Shown here: positions 55,140 to 64,000 of the stretch, one piece after another
Layout: each line of letters begins with the position of its first letter
Numbering within the stretch: position 1 is the first letter of the stretch
Translations under genes and position numbers: made by a program
Source of the DNA: the human T2T-CHM13v2.0 reference genome, Homo sapiens
Assembly (NCBI GenBank): GCA_009914755.4
Contig: CP086569.2
Location: 3,648,001-3,712,000 of the forward strand
Reading direction: 5' to 3'
DNA: 64,000 nt
Notes under the pieces: generated by a model
Databases searched by the model: none
What the model saw: the letters and a program-made list of their open reading frames with translations, nothing else
What the model was told of the DNA's origin: nothing

Positions 55140-56636
55140 TACTTTCAGTCCATAATATGAGACAGTTTTCCAAAAATTTTACCTGTTTGCAATCCTGCTT
55201 TATCCTCAAACAGCAAATTTTGAAGTTTTAGTTATTGTGGTACATGTTTTAATATCTTATTGTGGTTTAAGTTAGCTTTTTCCCTTATTATTTATAGCAT
55301 AAAGCACATTTTCTTTGATTACTTAGAGTATAAACACTAATCTTAATTGCCAACTAACTGGGCCATGATATTTAGATACTTGGTGAAATGATTTTTTAAG
55401 ATGTTTCTGTGAAGATATTTTTCAGATGAGATTAACATTTAAAACAGTAGTCTTTGAGTAAATCAGATTACTCTCCATAATGTAGGGGAGCTTCATACAA
55501 TCAGTGGAAGGTGTTAATAAAAAAAAAATATTAACCTGCCCCAGACAAAAGATGGAATTCTGCTAGAAACTGCCTTTGGACTTGAATTGCGACATCAACT
55601 CATCAACTATTCCCTGAGTGTACAGCCTGCTGGCCTACTCTGCAGATTTTGAACTTGCCAGCTCCCACAATTATGTGAGCCAATCCTTAAAATCTCTTTG
55701 AAAAAAAGAGAAAGAGAATCATATATATGTATGGCTTTATTTCTCTGGAGAGATTCTGAACAACACAGATGGTTTCTTTTGTAAACACCTATGCTAGGTA
55801 CTTATTTTTTTGACTACTGGCTTGTCTTTCTTCTTGGTAATTGTCCCGCAAACATTCCTAAACCCTCTATTCCATTATTTGTGTTGCAGATATCTTGTTC
55901 CACCCTCTGACATCATTTTCACTATCTTAATGATACTTTCTAATGAATTGCTTTTCTTAATTTATGGTAAGACATTACACCAACCATTTTCTTTACGATT
56001 AGTTTATAATATGTATTGTTTAAGCAGTCTTACTTACTCCAAGATTATTTAAATATTATATTATCTTCTAGAAACTTTAATTTTTGATTTTTACATTTAG
56101 ATCTACAATATATCTTAAATTAATTTTAGTGTGTAGTTTGATATAATAAGGCCAGGTTTTTCTTGTTCTTTATAATTATACAATTATATTCAACCACCTT
56201 AACACTATTTATTGAAAATACTGCTCTTTTTTCACTTCCATGAAATGTCACCTCTGTCATAAATATCCATATGTGTTATTGGTTCCATCAGTCCATTTGT
56301 CAATACTTGCACCAAGACTACACTTTCTTGATTTCTGTGGATTTCGATCATGATATCTAGTAGTAATATTCACCCCACCATGTAATTCTTTTTAAGAGTA
56401 TCTTAAATATTTTTAGCCCTCTACATTTCCATATAACTTTTAGATGTAGTTGACAGGATTCCATTAAAATCAACCAAAGAATTCTGATAAAGAATACACT
56501 GAATGTCTTAATTATTTTATGAATAACATAATTCTTTTCAGTAGTTAGTCTTCTATTCCATAGACATGGTATATTCCCCCGTTTATTTATGTCTTTCTTA
56601 ATTTTTTCAATGACCATTAAAACTTTACTCTATGGT

Positions 56637-56952
<316 letters not shown>

Positions 56953-57162
56953 ACTTTACTCTTTGGTGGTCTTCTACAGCTCATTAGTTTATCCCAATTG
57001 TTTGAAATTTCGATGCCATTGTAATGATTTATTTTAGAGTTTCATTTTCTTATTGTTTGCTGGGGGTATGTACACATAAATGATTGTTGTATATTGGCCT
57101 TATAGCAAAGATGAATATTAACTAGATTATTGATTCTAAAACATTAACTTTGGGTTTTTTTA

Positions 57163-57490
<328 letters not shown>

Positions 57491-57533
57491 ATGTCATCTT
57501 TAAATAATGCTTTTTCTTTGTTTTTAAGAATTT

Positions 57534-57836
<303 letters not shown>

Positions 57837-58192
57837 ATTATATATATTTTTTCTCTATATTAAATGACTGGCCTGGCTATACTTTCTAAGTAAAATGATA
57901 AATAAAACTAGTTATATCAGGTGTCTTTGTCTTATTCTTGGCCTTAGTGGAAAAGCTTTTAATATTTCATTAAAAAGCAAATTATTTCACAAAACATTAT
58001 TTGTACATATTTTAAAGAAAATTAATACTTTCCCTGGATTCCTCTTTTGCTGTGTTTTTATTATGAATGGATGTGAATTTTATTATAACATTTCTCTGCA
58101 TCTGTGAGATTAAAGTGATGAACTTTTAATATGATAAATTATATTGAGATATATATATATTTTCTTTTTTTGAAATTTTATTAAGAAATATT

Positions 58193-58462
58193 GGCTGGAT
58201 GTGGTGGCACATGCCTGTAATTTCAGCAGTTCAGGAGGCCAAGGTGGATGGATTGCTTGAGCCTAGGAGTTTGAGACAAGCCTGAACAACATGACAAAAA
58301 CCTGTTTCTACAAAAAATACAAAGAAATTTGCCAGGCATGGTGGCTCATGCTACTTTGGAGGCTGAGGTAGGAGGATCACCTGAGCGAGGGGAGGTAGAG
58401 GCTGATTGTTTCACTGCACTCCAGCCTGGGTGACAGAGTGAGATCCTGTCTCAGAAAAAAAG
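58193..58462 (+). mobile_element. Alu SINE (AluJ-like, diverged and partly deleted)
   Basis: GGCTGGATGTGGTGGCACATGCCTGTAATTTCAGCAGTTCAGGAGGCCAAGGTGGATGGATTGCTTGAGCCTAGGAGTTTGAGACAAGCCTGAACAACATGACAAAAACC…CACTGCACTCCAGCCTGGGTGACAGAGTGAGATCCTGTCTCAGAAAAAAAG. Confidence 0.85.
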
Positions 58463-59689
58463 ATAAGGAATTTTTTTAATTAAAAAAATTAATATTTTTA
58501 AACATACAGACTATGAATATTTTTAACGCACCACCTACATTCAACAGTTAATATTTTACAAAATATTTAGTCATGTAACTATTCATCTTGTCACCACTGT
58601 AGCCACTCATCAATCTACCTTGTCATTCATTTTAAAATAAGTTAAAGACATCACTACATTTCTCCCCAAGTATTTCAGCATGCTTATGATTAAATTTAGC
58701 TCAATAATTTTTTAGTGATTCATTTTATTTTCACTTAAGGACAATGCTATGTGTGATGAAATGCACAAATCCATTGGAATGAAATGATCATTTTATTGTA
58801 TGGTAGTACCAAAATGTATTTGTATTAGTTTTCTATTATTTTGTTAGAAAATCTCACAAACGTAGAAGTTTAAAAAACAAAAAAAGATCTATTATATCAA
58901 ATTTTCTGGAGGTTAGAAGTCCAGGTAGGTATTGGCCAGTTTCTCTCCTCAGGGTTTCAAAAAGCTGAAATCAATGTTCCAGTCAAAGCTTAGTATCATC
59001 CTCTTCAGATCAGATTAAGGTGCTCTTCCAAGCTCAGAGTTTTGTATTTGTTTAAATGCACAGTAATTAAAAGTTTTTTTTTTAATCAGCAAAAGCAGTT
59101 AAAGTAAACAAAAATATTTTAGCCTAAAATATATTTATTTCACATATTCTGAAGTGGCCCTGCCATGTTGTTTTTCATGGGGGAAATTTGCATCTGTAGA
59201 TCTGTTGATTCATTAATGCAGTCAATGCTTCCCTTGTCCAGATCTAGGAAAGATTAAATGAGAATCTAACACCTTTATAGGTCTGAAAAGAAATATTTAC
59301 CACCTATTTTCTCTGAAACCTGCTACCTGTGAGGTTTCATCTACATAACAAGATTGCTTTTGCTAGTCAAGCCTCTTCCTTTCTCCTTCCAATAACCTGT
59401 CTTGGCACTAAAACCTGTTTTTGGCCATGCTGTATGCCCATATTCTTTCTGTAACCTCAAGATGGTATATAAGCCTCTGTACCCTATTAGAGGGTTGGGT
59501 CTTCATTCTGAAGACTCCCATATAGTAGACTCATTATTACACATAAACGTGTATGTGTTTTCTCTGATTAATCAACCTGCCTCATGTCAGTGATTTTCAG
59601 TGAACATTTAGGAGGCCACAGTATATAAACTGCAGAAAAATTTTACTACGACTGAAAAAAATGTATCATTCAATTAGTTATAATCTGTC

Positions 59690-60360
59690 AATCGAGAAAA
59701 ATGATGAGACTGAAACCAGCCTCATTGTCTGAGGTGCCACCCGAAGTTGTTGATGTCACGGCCAACGAAATCAAGGACTCGGATACTCCAAAGGTGAGGT
59801 TAGAGCAGTAGTTAAATAAGTGAAAGAAGGAAAGCTCTCTAGAGCAGAGAGGGTTCCCAGAAAGATGGGTTGCCGTATTACAGTGAAATGCGAGGGTTTT
59901 TATAGAAAAGCTGGAGGGGAGCCATGCTTCATTTGGTTGAGGCGCAAATTTCTGAGTTCCCGCCCCACCCTTTCTAGTGCACATGCGGGCTTCTTAGTTT
60001 GAGTTACTCCATGTTGTTTATCGCTTCCTGCTGCACATGTGTAAAAAGGCGGAGAACAGAACCCTCTAAGGTGGACGTGCCTGGTTCAGAGTAGCTCTTA
60101 TCAGTGCTGCGTCAGGCGCTCCCCCTGCACAAGCCTGCCTGTCTGAGTATTTCCAAGAAGGGAGGACTGTGTTACCTGGGACCCACTGTATCTTTGTATG
60201 TCACACAGGAGGCCCCTTTCTGTGTTAGAGCTTGCCTTCATTATCTGCGTTTGCCGCCTTATCGCTTAGGCTGCTCTTTCATGAAGGAGAAATGACCTCT
60301 TGGGCTGCTCTTTGTTAGAAGACACTCTGCTTTTTGTTAGAAGGGAATTCCACCGGGGAC
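59690..60360. promoter_or_regulatory. CpG-enriched, GC-richer segment with a GC box; candidate LTR-derived or cryptic promoter (not a canonical CpG island)
   Basis: About 19 CpGs in ~660 bp, GC ~48%, observed/expected CpG ~0.5 by hand count, against a strongly CpG-depleted AT-rich surrounding. Contains CCCGCCCCACCC (an Sp1-like GC box, ~59960) and TTTTTATAGAAAAG (~59895). It sits ~0.6 kb from a fragment of the LTR-like family (60934-61024). Confidence 0.2.
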
Positions 60361-60933
60361 CCTTGCCCTAACTATCTAGTTGATTTCTCTCTCTCTCCTC
60401 TCACAAGACAACTATCAATCATTTTACAGTTTCTTTGTCAAAGTTAAGGACACGTGCCCAGGAGACAAGTCTATGCCTTTCCCTGAAGACAATTTTGAGG
60501 GATCCAAATTTAAAGGGGAAAGGGCGGGATATTAAGAAAGAAACAATTTTCACTTAAGGTGGTGGGGGCGGGGAGTAGAAAAAATAGTAATTCATGCCTT
60601 TGTCTGGCTCAGTTAATCTGCATTTTTTTTTTTTTTTTTACGTAAGATGACATAGATAAATGGGGCAGAGGAAAAATGCACGGAATCTGCATTTTTACAT
60701 ACGATAACATACACAAAATGTTGCAGGGGAATAATCAGATACATATTTGTGTCAGGTGGAGGCGGGGGTGAATTCAACTGTAAAGATAAGCTATTAATTT
60801 ACATTGCCATGGTGAAATTTCAACAGAAACACCTTAAAGATCTGGGAGCTCACTGAGAATTTCCTTGTGAGCAAAAATATGGGGGAGGCACGTAGCTTTT
60901 CATCTTGCAGCCGTCTTATTTAGGAACCAAAAG

Positions 60934-61024
60934 AGGTAGGCAGGTTTGTGTGACCCAGTTTCCAGCTTAACTTTTCCTTCTGGTTTAATGAGTTTGGGGT
61001 CCCAAGATTTATTTTCTTTTCATA
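60934..61024 (-). mobile_element. fragment of the LTR-like dispersed repeat family
   Basis: gaggtaggcaggtttgtgtgacccagtttccagcttaacttttccttctggtttaatgagtttggggtcccaagatttattttcttttcat parallels 38790-38880 ggaggcaggtttaccctaagcagttcccagcttgagttttctttttagcttaattattttggggtcccaagatttattttcctttcac. Confidence 0.4.
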
Positions 61025-61939
61025 AATCCATGCATGAATATTTAAAAATACAGACATTTCCATTGTACCAGTAAGTTTTCTTGTTCCTTCGTAGTGAAGT
61101 TCCAACCTTGTCCACATAGAAACTTTTTTTTTCATTTTACTCCTTGACCACTGTAAACATGTTTATTTTAAAGTTGCATTTTGTGACTGAAACCAGCCAC
61201 ATAGCGTTGACAAGAATTGCCTGCTAGGTTCTGTTCAGAAATAAAGTTCTAATTAAGCTTTAGTTCGGCTACATTTTGACTCACTTTCTTGTTGCTAGAA
61301 GTCTCACCATTTGCATTCCCATTGTTCCTATAGACAGGATCTCTGACATTAGAATCACAAGGCTTTTTTTTTTTTAAGGATCACTTAATATGTTTTTTCA
61401 GATCCTGGATTCCAGCAACTAGTTTAAAGACCTCCACAGAGGAATGACATCAGCATGAAAATGCAACTTTATCTCCCTGTACCATCACTTCACTCTGCAC
61501 TCATTGACCAATCAATAATCTCCACACTTTGGACTACTCCAAAATTCTTAAGAATCTTAACTTCAAATTCCTGGAGAAGATAGGTTTGATGTTTTCTCCC
61601 ATCTCCTTTTTCAGTGACTTTATGATCAAACCTCTTTATCTGCTGCAGCCTAGTGTCTCAGCATATTGAGTTCAGAACTTACTATAGTTACAGAACATAC
61701 ATAGACCCCATAGGAATTTGCGTAATCGATATACTTCTGGGTTTTGTTCATTTTGCTTCTCTTCTCAAATGCCTATTTTACATTGTGTTTTAACAATTTT
61801 ATTTTGAAAATTGTTTGTAAACTATTTTGAGGTTCAGAATTGTCATATGTTACCAATGAGTGTTTAAATTCTCTTCTGCACTTGGTATTACTATGGTATT
61901 ACTAGCATTCTGCACTTGGTATCACTAGCCCTCCAGGAA

Positions 61940-62266
61940 TTTTTTTGTTTGTTTGTTTGTTTTTGTTTTTGTTTTGTTTTTGTTTGTTTGAGACAGAGAC
62001 TTGCTCTGTTGCCTAGGCTGGAGTGCAGTGGCATGATCTCAGCTAACTACAACCTCTGCCTCCCAAGGTCAAGGGATACTCATGCCTCAGCCTCTCAAGT
62101 AGCTGAGATTACAAACGTGCACCACTATGCCCAGCGAATATTCGTATTTTTAGTAGAGATGGGGTTTCACCATGTTGACCAGGCTCGAACTCCTGACCTC
62201 GAGTGATCTACCCGCCTCCGCCTTCCAAAGTGATGGGATTACAGGTGTGAGCCACTGGCCCTGGCC
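61940..62266 (-). mobile_element. Alu SINE (AluS-like) whose A-tail has mutated to (CAAA)n/(CAAAA)n, read as (TTTG)n on the plus strand
   Basis: (tttg/ttttg)n at 61940-61990, then GAGACAGAGACTTGCTCTGTTGCCTAGGCTGGAGTGCAGTGGCATGATCTCAGCTAACTACAACCTCTGCCTCCCAAGGTCAAGGGATACTCATGCCTCAGCCTC… ending …GGTGTGAGCCACTGGCCCTGGCC (the Alu 5' end, reverse-complemented). The TSD is probably AGGAAT. The ORF 61916..62206 is an Alu artefact. Confidence 0.9.
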
Positions 62267-62479
62267 AAGGAATATTTAATACCAAATCAATGTTCCAGGT
62301 GATCAAAAGCTCAGTTTAGTTTCTCATTTTGTTCAAATTTTTGTGAAGATTCACAAACTAGATCATGGTGTTACTGACCATGGGTTCTTGGGTTCTCAAT
62401 GCAATATAAATTGACATGAGGCCAAAAGAGTTTTCCCAGATAAAGCTTTATTGGAGCTTGTATTAGTCAGGGTTTTCCA

Positions 62480-64000
62480 GAGGGATGAAGCTAATAAGAT
62501 ATATACATATTGTAAATTATATATTATATAAATATTTGTACATTCTTATATTATATATATTAATATACATAAATATATATTTATATATACATATATACAC
62601 GTATGTATGTATATATGTATGTATACATATATACATGTGTGTATGTATATATGTATACATATATACATGTATATGTATACATATATACAGTTATATATAA
62701 ATATACATATATATGTATAACAATATATATAAATATACGTATATCAATATATAAATGTATGTATATCTATATATAAATCTATGTATATCTATATATAAAT
62801 ACATATGTATATCTATATATAAATATATATGTATATCAATATATATAAATATATATGTATATCAATACATAAATATATATGTATATCTATATATGTATAT
62901 GAATATATATAAAAATATATATGTATATAAATATATATACATATATAAATACACAAAAATATACATATATGCATATTTTTATACATAATATATAAAAATA
63001 TATGTATATATTATATGATATATTATAAATATAATATATTATATTATATAAATATATTATAAATATATATTAAATATTATATTAATATATTATAAATAAA
63101 ATATATATTATATAATATATTATGAATATAATATATTCCATATATTATATAATATATTATAAATATAATATATTCCATATATTATGTAACCTATTGTAAA
63201 TATAATATATTCTATATATTATAGAATATATTATAAATATAATATATTCGATATATTATAGAATATATTATGAATATAATACATATGTTATATAATATAT
63301 TATATATAATATATTATATACGTTATGTAACATATTATAAGTATAATATATTATATATGTTATATAATATATTATAAGTATAATATATTATATATTATAT
63401 AAATATAAATATATATAAATATATTATAAATGTAATATATTATATATTATATATAATATATTATGTTTACATATACAATATATTATATTTAAATATAATA
63501 TATTATATTTACATATATAATATATTATATATGTAAACATAATATATTATATATAAATATAATATATTATGTTTACATATATAATATATTATATATAAAT
63601 AATATATTTATTTATATATATATATATAAATAATATATTATTTATATATAATATATTATATATAAATATAATATATTATTATCATATATTATATATCATA
63701 ATATATATAATATATGATAATAATATATTATATAAATTATATATAAAAATATAATATTGTATATATAATATATTATATATAAAAATATAATACATTCAAA
63801 TAGAATATATTATATTATAATTTATATTATAATATATTTATATTTATATATAAATATAAATATAACATATAATAGATTGTAAATATATTATATATTATAA
63901 GTATAATATATTCTATAAATTATATATAAATATATATAATATATTATAACAATATAAATTTAAATTTAAATTTAAATTTATATATGAATACAAATATAAA
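62480..64000. repeat. ≥1.5-kb AT-rich satellite/minisatellite array running to the window edge: (TATATG/TATACA)n-type units at 62480-63000, then ATATATTATA-type units with ~20-40-bp higher-order periodicity
   Basis: For example …atatacatgtatatgtatacatatatacag… and …aaatataatatattatatttacatatataatatattatatatgtaaacataatatattatatataaat… A and T only, with rare C/G. ORFs 62485..62988 (Y/I/C-rich peptides) are artefacts. Confidence 0.9.

Overview
This window reads as human (catarrhine primate) nuclear DNA from an AT-rich, L1-rich, gene-poor region. I see no host protein-coding exon, rRNA, tRNA or prokaryotic-style system. The nearest thing to a 'system' is a decayed endogenous retrovirus. Every sizeable ORF in the six-frame track is either a remnant of a transposable-element protein or low-complexity/Alu noise. 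More than half of the window is interspersed repeats, which I identified from memory of consensus sequences (no RepeatMasker or BLAST was run):

- **Alu SINEs:** about 14, on both strands. Several have clean target-site duplications (TSDs).
- **Ancient L1 block (~12.6 kb, 10.0-22.65 kb):** three L1 pieces. A sense 5'UTR/ORF1 stub abuts the poly-T 3' end of a 3.4-kb antisense L1. That is followed, across a (CA)n tract, by a ~7-kb near full-length antisense L1.
- **Full-length L1PA-type element (28,292-35,070, + strand):** it has 15-bp TSDs, frameshifted ORF1/ORF2, and a nested AluS with its own TSDs.
- **Degenerate gammaretrovirus-like (class I) ERV on the minus strand (~38.4-45.7 kb):** it retains a tRNA-His-like primer-binding site (PBS), a Gag CCHC zinc knuckle and reverse-transcriptase LPxG/YxDD remnants. 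A MaLR (THE1/MST) LTR+internal piece and an AluS are inserted into it.
- **LTR-like dispersed repeat family:** about 80-85% identical copies at 25.8-27.1 kb, 38.4-40.6 kb, 45.0-45.7 kb and a fragment at ~60.95 kb. These probably represent this ERV's LTRs or solo LTRs.
- **Smaller items:** a MER5-like hAT MITE, several microsatellites, a 215-bp direct-repeat pair bracketing an AT-rich minisatellite, a near-perfect 30-bp hairpin palindrome, and a CpG-enriched ~0.7-kb LTR/promoter-like segment.
- **Window end:** a ≥1.5-kb AT-rich satellite-like array runs off the end of the window.

Boundaries are approximate (±10-50 bp). Subfamily calls are tentative.
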